64,000 bases of DNA from Candidatus Kapaibacterium sp. Lineage in GTDB: Bacteria; Bacteroidota; Ignavibacteria; Kapaibacteriales; UBA2268. Below are positions 1-12,705 of the stretch, piece after piece. The notes under the pieces were generated by a model that worked only from the letters and a program-made list of their open reading frames with translations, made no database searches and was not told the origin of the DNA. The stretch's first letter is position 1; the number at the start of each line of letters is the position of its first letter. Position numbers and translations under genes: made by a program. The stretch spans positions 2,176,001-2,240,000 of the forward strand of contig OY762428.1 in NCBI GenBank assembly GCA_963665665.1, in the 5' to 3' direction.

Positions 1-495
1 CTGATAAACGACGCTGTAAGGGTTTACAACTCCCTTGATAATAAAACTCTGAGCAAATATCTGAAAGTTAAAAAGGAAAGGCGCCTGCAGGATATTTTAT
101 ACACCTACCAGGAAGACTTTATAAAAAGGGTAAAGGACAGGATTGACCACAAAAGTATGACAAGGATAGAAGGCCTTATCACGGCGTTCCAGGTTCGTTT
201 CGAGAAATTCCACATGCTGAAGGATGATCCGGTGCCTGTAATTAACGGCTGGATATCACGTGCGATGCTTAGCCGTATGAAAATAGGCTTCAGCAGGCTG
301 GCCCTGTATTCCCAGCTTCCTACAACAACATCCTTCAAGGGTTTTTCCTGCGGGAACCTGCCAAAAATGATGGACCTTAAGGAAGACAGCCCGCTTCTTA
401 AAACATTTGTGATCGAGATTGCCGCCCGCGGACTGCAACTGCCGATACTATTCCACAAGTGCGAAATGAAAATTGATAAATGCAGCCTTTTCTGA
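1..495 (+). CDS. 3' part of a hypothetical protein (frame open from the window start)
   Basis: Frame 1 is open from position 1 (LINDAVRVYNS...) to TGA at 493-495. No recognisable motif. Confidence 0.6.
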   Translation: MINDAVRVYNSLDNKTLSKYLKVKKERRLQDILYTYQEDFIKRVKDRIDHKSMTRIEGLITAFQVRFEKFHMLKDDPVPVINGWISRAMLSRMKIGFSRLALYSQLPTTTSFKGFSCGNLPKMMDLKEDSPLLKTFVIEIAARGLQLPILFHKCEMKIDKCSLF

Positions 496-835
496 GTATA
501 TATATTTTACTTAACCTGAAGGGTAACCTTCAGGCTTCAATATTATCACAAAAAGTGATAATGGGTTTATAAAAAATTGATAATCAGAAATTGCGAATAG
601 ACAGGCAAAATAATGAAAAATACGATAATATTATTATGTTCCTTTCCGCCGGATTTGTTTACTCCGAAGAATCGATACCACTCGGGACATGCTGCAATGA
701 TTGATTTATTGGAGTAAAGGGCTTGAATTTACAACAATTAAATACAGAATATATCTTTATACATCCCTGGCTTTTCAAAAAGCTTAATTTTTACTAATTT
801 ATTTATTTTGAAATTTTCACTTTATCGGAGAAGTT

Positions 836-3127
836 ATGAGGAAGTGGATACTGCTTTTTCTTTTACTATCTACATCAATACTCTATTCACAGGATTTCTG
901 GAGCGAGGTTGAAATGCCACTCGGCAGCCCTTTTAGCAAATATGTTGTAAACAGCGAGGGCGATCTGTTTACAATTGTGGGAAACAACACATTTTATCAA
1001 TTCAAATACAGCGAGGCAGAATGGGTAAAAATAATGGACGGCCTGCCTGAATTTGAAAATAAGCGTATCATGGTTTACATGACAAAAGAGGATATAATAT
1101 ATTTCACAATCGATGAAGATACTTACATCCTGGAAAAAGGTTCACAAAAATGGGTTCAAAGGAGTAATGATTTAAAATATTTCAGATTTTTAAGTGATCT
1201 TGGTAGTAATGTATGGTTCGGATCCGTACAAGTTGAAGAGCAAGAGGACTTTTCTATTGCTCTTTCGTATGACAAAGGTTTAACATGGAATTATATTGAT
1301 AATCCTATAGAACCCGAAACTGAAATTTTCAAAGAGATGCTTTATGTAGATTCAAAATTTATTTTACGGGTATATGTAAAAGGGGAATTTAGTAATTCGG
1401 AGCAACAATATATTTCTTTTGATAGCTGCAAAACCTGGCAAATCTTCTGCAAGGATTTTAAGGATTCGGTTGCTGTTGGAGTTCAATCCGAAGCCAACCT
1501 GTTAATGGATGATGAAGAGAATCTCTTTATGTCGGTAAATACAAAAGATGACAAAATATCATTTTACAAATCCACAGATGTTGGCCTAACCTGGGAGCTT
1601 CTTTGTGATCTGACAACCGATCCGGATGACAACTCCGGCTGGAGCGGGTTGAATATTTTTAGAATTGAGCCTAAAAAGTTCCTGTTCGTTACGGGATTTG
1701 ATAAAACAATTACCAACTATTCAGATGAGTACGATTGTGTTACCCAATTCGGTAATTTAAAATTATCAACATGGCATAAAATATTGTGGGATGGGAATAA
1801 ACAATACTATTTATTTGTTAATTCATACACATCATCAGTCTGTTATAGTTTAGATAATGAGTTGTCAATTTGGAGAAATATTTCCCCGGGAATAAGTTCT
1901 TCTTATTGGGAAGATTTTTGGATTGATGAACATAAACGAATAACATTGCTGGCAATAAGTAATCAATTAGTTACAGCAAATGAATCTGAGAAATATTCAA
2001 TTATTGAAAAACCTGATTCAATGAGATTTAATAATGAAAGAATTCTTCGCAGAAACCTGGTTGTAGAGGATGGAATTTATTACGCCCTTATGAAAAACCA
2101 TTATAATGACAGCACTTCATTCTGGAAATATGAACATGATAAATGAACAAAACTTCAGGATTTTGGCGCAGAGTATCAATCTGCCGGCTTTGTAAAGGAA
2201 TCTAATTCTGTTTATGTGCTGAGATATTTGAATAGTTCCGAGCTAAGCTCTGTTTTAGTTAGTAAGGATAATGGTGAAAACTGGGATATACCAGATGAAT
2301 ATACTGAATTATTCATTTCCTACTTATATTTCTCAGTTGATAATACTCTTTTTGCCCAGAATTTTGTCTGGGATAAAAACAAGCGATATTGCGTAAAATC
2401 AACAGATAATGGCCTGACGTGGAAGAGACTGGAATTCAACGGAGAGGAAATTCTTAGTACTGATATCTGCCGAACCAGATCTGAAAATTTATTTATAATC
2501 AACAATAATGATATAATCAGGTCCAATGACCTTGGGGAATCATGGAGTGTATGTTCAGAAGATAAAAGCTATTTCGGAACGAATTTTAAAGATGTTAGTA
2601 GTATATTCGGAGATGAAACATCTGATCTGGTATATGTCTATGGTAAATCAATCGAGGATCAAAACAAACTTGTAGTTTCCTTTGATGCCGGCAGAACATG
2701 GAAGGATATTACCGTAAATCTGAATGATAATAATTTTACAAGGATTGACCAAATAAGAACAACTTCAGAAAATGAGTGTTATTTGCTTTTGCATGAAGGA
2801 AGTACAGACATGTCTTCAATTGTATATTCCATCCCAATACCTACTGGATGTGATGAACTGGCAATACGGGAAGCAAGTGTTTCAATTTCTCCAAATCCGG
2901 CAGACCGGAATGTTAAAATTAAATATAATCTTTCCGCTCCCGGAAATGTAATTATAGACATATATACTTCCGCAGGAAATCCGGCAGGCAGCTATAATAC
3001 CGGCTGGAAGGATGAAGGCCTTAATAATTATATTGTCCAGCTTTCCGATTTCCCATCCGGAACATATTATTACAAAGTCAGATGTAGCGGCCATGTTATT
3101 GACGGTAGTTTTGTTGTTCGAAAGTAA
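836..3127 (+). pseudogene. Secreted BNR/Asp-box beta-propeller protein with T9SS type-A C-terminal domain, interrupted by one in-frame TGA at 2144-2146
   Basis: ORFs 836-2146 and 2216-3127 share a frame and the gap reads through without other stops (EHDK*TKLQDFG...). N-terminal signal peptide, repeated SxDxGxTW Asp-boxes, and C-terminal SISPNPA...SGTYYYKV...FVVRK. Confidence 0.75.
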
Positions 3128-3151
3128 AAACTTGTGTTAAAGGATTAAAAG

Positions 3152-3193
3152 AAAACTCGTCCAACGACTTCAATTCGCCGGACGAGTTTTTTT
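3152..3193. terminator. Bidirectional intrinsic terminator between the T9SS gene and groEL
   Basis: Inverted repeat AAAACTCGTCC...GGACGAGTTTT with A/T tails, between convergent genes. Confidence 0.75.
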
Positions 3194-3218
3194 ATATTCT
3201 AAGCATTACGGGGGATGA

Positions 3219-4904
<1,686 letters not shown>

Positions 4905-4914
4905 TTATTCCAAA

Positions 4915-5205
4915 TTAGTCATTGATGATAGCGAAAACGTCATTTTCTTTCATCATCATCAGGTCGTCGCCGCCAACACTAACTTCAGTACCGGCATATT
5001 TTCCGTAGAGCACTTTGTCTCCGACTTTAATCTGCAGCGGAAGTGTTTTACCATCTTCAGTGATCCTGCCCGGGCCTACTGCAATTACTTCGCCCTGCTG
5101 GGGTTTTTCTTTTGCTGTATCGGGAATTATGATACCGCCTGTGCTTACTTCTTCCGGCTGTGACGGTTTTACGAGAATCCTGTCGTGCATTGGTGTTAAA
5201 GTCAT
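4915..5205 (-). CDS. groS: Co-chaperonin GroES
   Basis: PMHDRILV...[24 protein letters not shown]; directly upstream of groEL. Confidence 0.99.
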   Translation of the reverse strand: MTLTPMHDRILVKPSQPEEVSTGGIIIPDTAKEKPQQGEVIAVGPGRITEDGKTLPLQIKVGDKVLYGKYAGTEVSVGGDDLMMMKENDVFAIIND

Positions 5206-5263
5206 TTTAAATCCTCCTGAATAAAAGATTTTGTTATATATAAAATGTTGTTGTTTAAAAATA

Positions 5264-5290
5264 TTAGCACTCTCTGATTGCGAGTGCTAA
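5264..5290. promoter_or_regulatory. CIRCE operator (HrcA binding site)
   Basis: Perfect TTAGCACTC-N9-GAGTGCTAA upstream of groES. Confidence 0.97.
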
Positions 5291-5300
5291 CACTTTGACG

Positions 5301-5308
5301 CAAATTTA
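5301..5308 (-). promoter_or_regulatory. Bacteroidota-type -7 promoter box (TAAATTTG) for groESL
   Basis: Matches the TAnnTTTG consensus on the minus strand, just upstream of CIRCE. Confidence 0.6.
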
Positions 5309-5456
5309 CAAAGTTTATTTTATGTGGAAAAGTTTTTTTTGGATTTCGCCTGCATTAACGCAGTAAAGGAACTAATATTGCTTGCTGCGGGCCTGTTTTC
5401 CGAGTATCTTTGTTAATTATGTGTTGGTGATTTTTAAAAATAATCAAGTTTAAGAA

Positions 5457-6764
5457 ATGAAATTTTTTATCCTCTTAATGATTCCATTATTAGTTATTTC
5501 ATGCGCTGATTATAAATCAGGCGTCAAAAAGCACATCGGTGAAATGCCAAAAATGAACCAAAAGAATTGTGCTGATTTTGAAACATCGGTAGTTTTAGGA
5601 CTTTCTGATTACAAGGACAGCACAAATATTGATGAAGAATCCAGAATGTTGGCACGTGCAATCGGCCAAATAACCGACAATGAATATTACAGGGCAATAC
5701 CAATTCTATGGCAGATTCAGAAAAATCTCCCCGTAGATACAGAACATCCCGCCAAATGGTATGCTTACAGCGCTCTCTACTCCTATTACAGGACAATGGG
5801 CAGAGTTGATTCTATAAATATTCTGAAGAAAAGATGCGTAAAGAAACCGCCGGAATATTGCGATTTCCTGATTCACACTTATGATTCTCTTATAAGTGCC
5901 AACCCCCGATCAATTGATTACCCGTCAGAACCGGATACTCTGAGAGTAGTTAAAGATGATACCGGATGGCCGATTGTAGAGGCAACTGTAAACGGCAAGC
6001 CCTGCCGACTGGTATTCGATACCGGAGCGATGGTAACCATTATAGAAAGAAACCTTGCAAGGGACGCCGGAATAGATCCAATTGCCAATACAAGGCAGGT
6101 TATGGGTTCATCGAATGAAAAAGATACACAGGTGGACGAAAGCTTTGTTTCGGAATTAACCTTCGGGGCTACAACAGTTCACAATCAATTTACAACCATA
6201 GCAATTGATGATGAGATGAAGCAGACATTCCTGTGGTTTTTCACGGTTTTCGATGTAGACGGAATGATCGGGTGGGATGTAATCAGGGATTTGGATATTA
6301 CTTTTAACCTGAAGGACGATATAATTATTATTCGTAAACCGGAAAAAAGAGAAGTGAAGTATAAAAACCTCTACACTCTTTTTCATCCCGTGGCAAAGTG
6401 CACTACCGCCACAGGCTTTGAGCTTAACGCACACATAGATACCGGGGCAAATGCCGCGTCAGTCCATGAGATTATCATGCATTTCCTTGATGATAAAGAA
6501 ACAGACTGGGAATTTTCTTTTACCAGCGGAATAGCCGGATCGGTATGGGAAACAGCTGATTTCCTGCAAAGACTTACAATCTTTCTCGGCGATACCGAAA
6601 TTAAATACGAGGAACTTAGCCTTAAGGAAAATACTGACCAGACACTGAAATTTGATATGATACTCGGCAGCGACATTGGATATGAAGGTTTGCTGCGTAT
6701 TGATAATTTCAACAGCAATATTGAATTAATACCATTTGCAAAAAAGGCAGAAAAAAGTGAATAA
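5457..6764 (+). CDS. Lipoprotein with tandem retropepsin-like aspartyl protease domains
   Basis: Lipobox LVISC; two catalytic motifs (LVFDTGA, AHIDTGA), each followed by a DGMIG/DMILG motif. Confidence 0.85.
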   Translation: MKFFILLMIPLLVISCADYKSGVKKHIGEMPKMNQKNCADFETSVVLGLSDYKDSTNIDEESRMLARAIGQITDNEYYRAIPILWQIQKNLPVDTEHPAKWYAYSALYSYYRTMGRVDSINILKKRCVKKPPEYCDFLIHTYDSLISANPRSIDYPSEPDTLRVVKDDTGWPIVEATVNGKPCRLVFDTGAMVTIIERNLARDAGIDPIANTRQVMGSSNEKDTQVDESFVSELTFGATTVHNQFTTIAIDDEMKQTFLWFFTVFDVDGMIGWDVIRDLDITFNLKDDIIIIRKPEKREVKYKNLYTLFHPVAKCTTATGFELNAHIDTGANAASVHEIIMHFLDDKETDWEFSFTSGIAGSVWETADFLQRLTIFLGDTEIKYEELSLKENTDQTLKFDMILGSDIGYEGLLRIDNFNSNIELIPFAKKAEKSE

Positions 6765-6914
6765 TCATCTCTGTTTTTGATTTGTTCTTTCTTCTGCTGT
6801 TGTCAGAAATGCCCCGATTTTTGTGGATATATCGTGATCCTGCTTGCAAATCCCAACCGATAGCAGAATACATGGGTTAATCGGCAAATACAATAGCAAG
6901 TGGTTCTTATAAAT

Positions 6915-6941
6915 AAAATCGGGCTGATCAGCCCGATTTTT
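6915..6941. terminator. Bidirectional terminator
   Basis: Palindrome AAAATCGGGCTGATCAGCCCGATTTTT between convergent genes. Confidence 0.65.
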
Positions 6942-6975
6942 AACTGCAATAATTCGTTGTTCATATAGGTTTGCA

Positions 6976-9900
6976 TCAGCAAAGTTTGTTTATTTCTTCT
7001 TCAAATCTTTTAATTGAAAAAGGTTTTTCCAGCCTGCCATTAAACCCATATTCCCTGTAATTAGCCACAATCGGCTTATCCGAATGGCCGCTAAATACAA
7101 TTACTTTGATTTGCGGGTCAATTTCGCGAAGCTGATTCAAAATTTCAAGTCCTGAGATATTATATCCGACAAGAGTAATATCCAGAATAACTATATCATA
7201 AGGATTATTGTTGTGCTGCCGGCTAAAATCTTCTATTCCTCTTTCAGGATCGTTAAAGCATTTAGCCGAAACATTATCAATACAATCAGCAATTTCTTCA
7301 AAATTGTCTGTAATATTCTTATCATCATCGATAACAAGTATTTTCTTAATTCTTTCCAATTTGTTTTCCTCCTGTTTTGCACTTCTATCCTGTATATCAT
7401 CAGATTTAATAAATGGCAGATATATACTAAATGTAGTTCCTTTCGAAACTTCTGAACTTACCAGGATAGTGCCCCCGTGATTTTTGACTATCTGGTATAC
7501 TGTTGACAGCCCCAGCCCCTGGCCTGTATCTTTGGTTGTGTAGAATGGCGTGAATATTTCTGATAATTTCGATTCCGGAATTCCAATTCCCTCGTCTTCA
7601 AATCTGATATAAATATATTCTCCTGCTTCTAAGCCAATAATATCATTTTCAGATGCATATATTTTTGAAGATCTAATAATGATATTCCCGCCGTTTGGCA
7701 TAGCCTGTGTAGCATTCAGAATTAAATTTGTAAATACTTCGCTCATTTGGTTTTTGTCGATCATTATGTCCGGTAATGTATAGTCAAGTTCCTTTTTTAT
7801 GATTGAACTTGTACCGGTAATGGCAATTTCCGAGGCATCGGTAATAATTTTGTTGATATTATAACTTTGAAGAACAGGAGCGCCGCTTTTTGTAAATGCC
7901 TGGAATCTGGTTGCCAGGGCCGAAGCCTGCTCAACAGATTTTGAAATCCTATCAAGGTGTTTGGCTGTTTTCTTCGGATTCATCTTTGCAATTTCAACCG
8001 AAAGAGACATTGCTGTAAGCATATTCTTGAAATTATGGGCTATACCGCCGGCAAGTATCCCGAGAGATTCAAGTTTCGATACTTTACGTAATTCCTCTTC
8101 TGTTCTTTTTCTTTCTGTAATATTTACGATAACACCCCTGAATCCTGTAATTGAGTTGTTTTGGATAATAGATACCATGTGGAAAAGCATCGGGAAGGTA
8201 GAACCGTCTTTTCTTAACCCCTGGTATTCAAAAGCCCCGGTTTCTTCTCCCAGAATTCTCTTGCTGAATATTTCTTTTGCTCTTAACCTGTCCTTGATAT
8301 CTAAAGTATCGAACCCGTTAATACCTGAATCAATATCAACTTTATCGTAGCCAAAAAGATCCATTGCTGTTTTGTTTGCATAGGTTATTGTCATATCAGA
8401 TGTAGCTTCGAATATTGCCTCGGGAAGCATATCTGCCATTTCCCTGAAACGCTTTTCGCTTTCTTCAAGGGCTAACTGTGCTTTCTTCTTATCAGTAATA
8501 TCCTGGAAAAGGCATGCAAACTGCATAGGTGCAGGCCTGAATGCAGTAACCTCAAAATATTTATCAATAGCAGAGGCATAGTTTTCAAAGAAAATCGGCT
8601 TTCCTGTCAATGCTACTTTTCCGTATTGATCAATCCAATACTTTTCCGTTCCCGGCATAACTTCCAGAACGGTTTTACCAACAATGTCTCTGCTAAGCCC
8701 GGTTTGCTTTTCGAATGCCGGGTTAATATCCAGGAATCTGTAATCTATAGGTAGGCCATTATTATCACAGATAATTTCATGCAGGGCAAAGCCGTCCAGC
8801 ATTTCATTAAACAGCATTTTGTATTTCTGTTCAGCCATTCTCAGGCCGGTAATATCTCTTGCTATTGTCAAAACAGAGATAACTTCATTCTTTTCATCGA
8901 ATTCGGGAATTAGCCGCCAGTTAAATATTATGGTTTTATTATTATATTCAAGCTCAAACTCAGTTTCTATCGGTTTCAAACCTTTGAAGGTCTTTTCAAT
9001 AGCTTTTTCCCAGATATTACTTTGTTCCTCAGAAAATCCGAGTTCCCTGTGAGTTTTCCCGATAAATTCTTTTGACTCCATGGAAACAACAGAAATTACA
9101 TTTTCGGAAACGAAAATATGATGAAAGTTTCGGTCGAATCTCATGATAATATCAGGAAGCCCGTCAACCAGGTTCCTGTAAATTTCCCTGCTTTGGCGAA
9201 TTTTTTCCTCAGCTTCTTTTCTATCGCTGATGTCTCTTAAAGTTCCGGTAAAATGCCCGGTATTCTTGTCGTAGAAAGATCTTATTTCCAGGGTTTTGTT
9301 ATTAAATTCAAGTTCGAATGCATTTAAAGAATTACCCTTATTGGCAAATACTACTTTTTTCATCAATCCGGGTAATTTTTTCGGGGAGATTAGTCTTTTT
9401 ATCAATCCAAAAACATTTTTATTTATCAGTTCTTCACTTTTTAATCCGGTTAACTTAATTAAAGCATCATTAACATGGATTACTCTCATTTTTTTATTTA
9501 CATATATCAATCCGTCCTGCACTGAGCTTACTATTTCCCGGAAGCGTGCTTCCTTTTCCTCAATAAGTTTCCTGTTTTTTATCTTTTCAGTAATGTCCTC
9601 GGCAATAGAAAGAAGCCTGCTTTTTCCTCCGAACTCAATTATTTCGGCATTATATGAAGCTATCAACTCACTTCCGTCTTTTCTTTTCAGATTCAGCTCC
9701 ATGCCTTTAATCATGCCTCTGTTTTTTATTGTTGATCTTAGCAGGTCTCGGGAATATCCTGAAACGAAACCGATTTCCACTGATGTTTTTCCGATTGCAT
9801 CCTCTCTTGTATATCCGCTGACCTCAATAAATTTCTCGTTAATATCAATATATTTGCCCGTTTCAATTTCGCTGATCGTCATAAGAAGTGGGCTGTTTTC

Positions 9901-12429
9901 GAATGACCTGGCAAATTTTTCCTCTGATATTTTTAAAGCAATTTCGAAATATTTTCTTTCTGTTATATCATAATTAATACCGGTCATACGAATGGCTCTG
10001 CCAGTTTCATCCCGGGAAATAATTGCGTTGGCTTTTAAATATCTTATTTCTCCGTTTGGCCATACAACCCTGAATTCAGTATCAAATTCTTTTTCGCCGG
10101 AAATTGCCATTTGCACTTCCCGGTCGGCTTTTTCAATATCATCGGGATGAACCCCTGCTTTCCAGGATTCATAAGCAGAGCCGAAATTATCCTTTTCCAG
10201 GCCGTAAAGGCGGAACATCCAATCATCCCACTCAAGAACATTATTGACAATATCCAAATCCCAAATCCCGAATTTTGCCGAGTTGGCAGCAAGAATCATT
10301 TTCTGATTTAATTCTTCCAGTAGTTCATTCTTCCTGTTCAGCCTTAACTCATTTTCTTTTTGTTCGGTTATATCCTGTAAGGTTCCAACCAGGCTGACAA
10401 CTTTATTATTCTTAAATATTGGTTTTCCGATAGTTTTTGCCCAAATAACTTTTGAATCCGGATGAAGAATCCTGAAAACTTCGCTATAAGGAATACCTTT
10501 ACCTGATGCATTAGCAATTGTGCGATCTATTCTTTCCCAATCGTCAGAATTGATTATTTTCTTATGTTCCTCCCAGGAAGGCTCTCCTTTTTTAATATCA
10601 AGCCCGAATATTCTGAACATCTCATTACTCCAGGAAGGCTTGTCATTTTCAATATCATACAACCAATTTCCTACTTTAGCAATTCTCTGTGCTTCTATCA
10701 GGTCTTTTTGTTTTTGATTTATTTCTTTTTCTGCCTGTTTTTTCTGCCTGATATCCTGGTATATGGCAAAAACACCCTTGTATTCACCATCAACTACTAT
10801 TTGAGAAATAGTAAGCAAAACATCAAGAATTTCTCTGTTTTTATTGATCCTTAAAGTCTCGATAGTTTTGCCGGACAGCTCTTTTATTTCATCTTCATTG
10901 CAGAAATGTTCCGCTTCAATAAGTTTATCCTCGGGTACAATTAAATCATTGATGTGACTCTTTATTGCTTCATCGGAAGTATAGCCGAATAATTCCGTGA
11001 AATTGGCGTTTATCCTGTTAATTTTTCCGTCGCAATCCAATACGGCAATAGCGCCGGGAGTACATTCTATCAGGTTCGTAAGATATACATTACTCCGTTT
11101 TATCTTGTTCTCAATTTCCTTTGTCTCAGTAATATCAGTCATAGAAAGAAGTACTTTTTTTTGACCTTCAATATCAAGCAGGCAGGTAGAGATAAGAAAA
11201 TCCTTTTTAAAAGTATTACTGCCGGATTTCAGTACTAATCTGCCTTCACGGTTAGAGATAGTTTTCCCTGTTTGTAAACTTTCATCAACCTGCGTTCTTA
11301 TGCGACACGAAGCGCAGGAATCCCCTGTTCCACAAATATTATCATCGTTCTGATTATTGCAGTTTATAACGAATCCGCAAGGCATTCCAATAACGTCTTT
11401 CCTGCTTTTACCCACATAATTAAGTGCAAAATCATTGATCCTGTCAACCCTCACATTTTCATCAACAAGCAATAACAAATAGGGAGAGCTGTTAAATACT
11501 ATTTCATTAATTTTGTATTGCTTTTTTAGTTTCAGTTCAGCTATTTTACTATCAGAAATATCTCTGCCGACTGCTGTTATTGACTTAATCATTCCGGCAT
11601 CAACTTCGGCTTTTGCTGTCCATTCAAACCATCTCCAGCCTGCTGTGGTGTATGCTCTTTCTCTGTGTTCTGTTCTGTACGGGGGATGTGATAAAGACTC
11701 CAGTGATTGCTTTACATTTTCTCTGTCATCTTCATGAATTAGCGGAAAGAACTTGCTGCCGATTAATTCATCACGGCCTTTGCCAAAAGTTTCACAATAG
11801 GAGTTGCTGACAAACACGATATTATGTTCTGAATCAAATTTTATAACCAGGTCGCTCATATTATCCATAAGAAGCTGAAATTGCCTGTTCTTCTCCGAAT
11901 ATTTACTATCCAGATTTCTTGGCTGAGTAATATCTCTTACCTGGGTAATAACCGAGCGGCCGTCCATTTCAAGATCAAGTGTAGCCCTGAACCATGAAGT
12001 ATTTCCGTCGATTTCGAGATCATATTCAAAGCTTTGGCTCATTTTAGTTGATCGGAGATCAAGAGAGTGCTTTTTGAACAACCGACTAACGTTCTCAGGC
12101 AAAATATCGCTAATATTCCTGCCCAAAAACTCATTTTTATCAGCATACAATGGTGAATCATCGCTGCAATATACTTCCCGGAATACATTTTCTTCATCCA
12201 GAATAAATATTATATCGCTGATATGTTCAAGAATATTTCTTAAATTATCAGCTTCAGACACCTTTAAGGATGGAACAATTCTCTTAGATTCATCTTGAAT
12301 TAAGCCAATAATATTATCAACAAATGAATCAATATTAGCCCGGATATCAGGCCCCTGATGTTCGCTAATAATTTTTTCGACCTTTTTCTTTAAAACTGTG
12401 ATATCTGTTGTCTGATCATTCTCATTCAT
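6976..12429 (-). CDS. Cytoplasmic multi-PAS hybrid sensor histidine kinase (about 10 PAS/PAC domains, HisKA, HATPase, receiver)
   Basis: Repeated PAS ends (RDIT/QDIT), H-box GIAHNFKNML, N box NLILNATQAM, G boxes DEGIGIP and GQGLGL, and a C-terminal receiver (LVIDDD, ILDITL, KPF). Confidence 0.95.
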   Translation of the reverse strand: MNENDQTTDITVLKKKVEKIISEHQGPDIRANIDSFVDNIIGLIQDESKRIVPSLKVSEADNLRNILEHISDIIFILDEENVFREVYCSDDSPLYADKNEFLGRNISDILPENVSRLFKKHSLDLRSTKMSQSFEYDLEIDGNTSWFRATLDLEMDGRSVITQVRDITQPRNLDSKYSEKNRQFQLLMDNMSDLVIKFDSEHNIVFVSNSYCETFGKGRDELIGSKFFPLIHEDDRENVKQSLESLSHPPYRTEHRERAYTTAGWRWFEWTAKAEVDAGMIKSITAVGRDISDSKIAELKLKKQYKINEIVFNSSPYLLLLVDENVRVDRINDFALNYVGKSRKDVIGMPCGFVINCNNQNDDNICGTGDSCASCRIRTQVDESLQTGKTISNREGRLVLKSGSNTFKKDFLISTCLLDIEGQKKVLLSMTDITETKEIENKIKRSNVYLTNLIECTPGAIAVLDCDGKINRINANFTELFGYTSDEAIKSHINDLIVPEDKLIEAEHFCNEDEIKELSGKTIETLRINKNREILDVLLTISQIVVDGEYKGVFAIYQDIRQKKQAEKEINQKQKDLIEAQRIAKVGNWLYDIENDKPSWSNEMFRIFGLDIKKGEPSWEEHKKIINSDDWERIDRTIANASGKGIPYSEVFRILHPDSKVIWAKTIGKPIFKNNKVVSLVGTLQDITEQKENELRLNRKNELLEELNQKMILAANSAKFGIWDLDIVNNVLEWDDWMFRLYGLEKDNFGSAYESWKAGVHPDDIEKADREVQMAISGEKEFDTEFRVVWPNGEIRYLKANAIISRDETGRAIRMTGINYDITERKYFEIALKISEEKFARSFENSPLLMTISEIETGKYIDINEKFIEVSGYTREDAIGKTSVEIGFVSGYSRDLLRSTIKNRGMIKGMELNLKRKDGSELIASYNAEIIEFGGKSRLLSIAEDITEKIKNRKLIEEKEARFREIVSSVQDGLIYVNKKMRVIHVNDALIKLTGLKSEELINKNVFGLIKRLISPKKLPGLMKKVVFANKGNSLNAFELEFNNKTLEIRSFYDKNTGHFTGTLRDISDRKEAEEKIRQSREIYRNLVDGLPDIIMRFDRNFHHIFVSENVISVVSMESKEFIGKTHRELGFSEEQSNIWEKAIEKTFKGLKPIETEFELEYNNKTIIFNWRLIPEFDEKNEVISVLTIARDITGLRMAEQKYKMLFNEMLDGFALHEIICDNNGLPIDYRFLDINPAFEKQTGLSRDIVGKTVLEVMPGTEKYWIDQYGKVALTGKPIFFENYASAIDKYFEVTAFRPAPMQFACLFQDITDKKKAQLALEESEKRFREMADMLPEAIFEATSDMTITYANKTAMDLFGYDKVDIDSGINGFDTLDIKDRLRAKEIFSKRILGEETGAFEYQGLRKDGSTFPMLFHMVSIIQNNSITGFRGVIVNITERKRTEEELRKVSKLESLGILAGGIAHNFKNMLTAMSLSVEIAKMNPKKTAKHLDRISKSVEQASALATRFQAFTKSGAPVLQSYNINKIITDASEIAITGTSSIIKKELDYTLPDIMIDKNQMSEVFTNLILNATQAMPNGGNIIIRSSKIYASENDIIGLEAGEYIYIRFEDEGIGIPESKLSEIFTPFYTTKDTGQGLGLSTVYQIVKNHGGTILVSSEVSKGTTFSIYLPFIKSDDIQDRSAKQEENKLERIKKILVIDDDKNITDNFEEIADCIDNVSAKCFNDPERGIEDFSRQHNNNPYDIVILDITLVGYNISGLEILNQLREIDPQIKVIVFSGHSDKPIVANYREYGFNGRLEKPFSIKRFEEEINKLC

Positions 12430-12705
12430 AAAATTGCCCGTTTTACCCGAAAAAATGGTTCAGTAAGATAATTCTGTCATGTTGTGGTATCTTATATTAT
12501 TAATTTATATTAATTCTATGATGCCAAATTAATAATACCCGCCAGGTATATAAAAATATATAAAATATATGATTAAAACAATCATATTGTTATTTTTTTT
12601 ACAACTTGGGTTTCTTTACTTCAACTCAAATAATTAATTCAGATTGCCTTGAAGTGTTTGTACAAAATAAAATTAATATCGAACAAAATTATTCGTGAAC
12701 AAGGC

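Noticed and set aside
613-717. Small ORF MKNTIILLCSF... upstream of the T9SS gene
   Set aside because: 34 codons; looks at most like a frameshifted signal-peptide remnant with no supportable product.
2144-2200. Selenocysteine or genome-wide TGA recoding
   Set aside because: The context suggests Trp rather than Cys, there is no convincing SECIS-like hairpin, and many genes in the window terminate at TGA.
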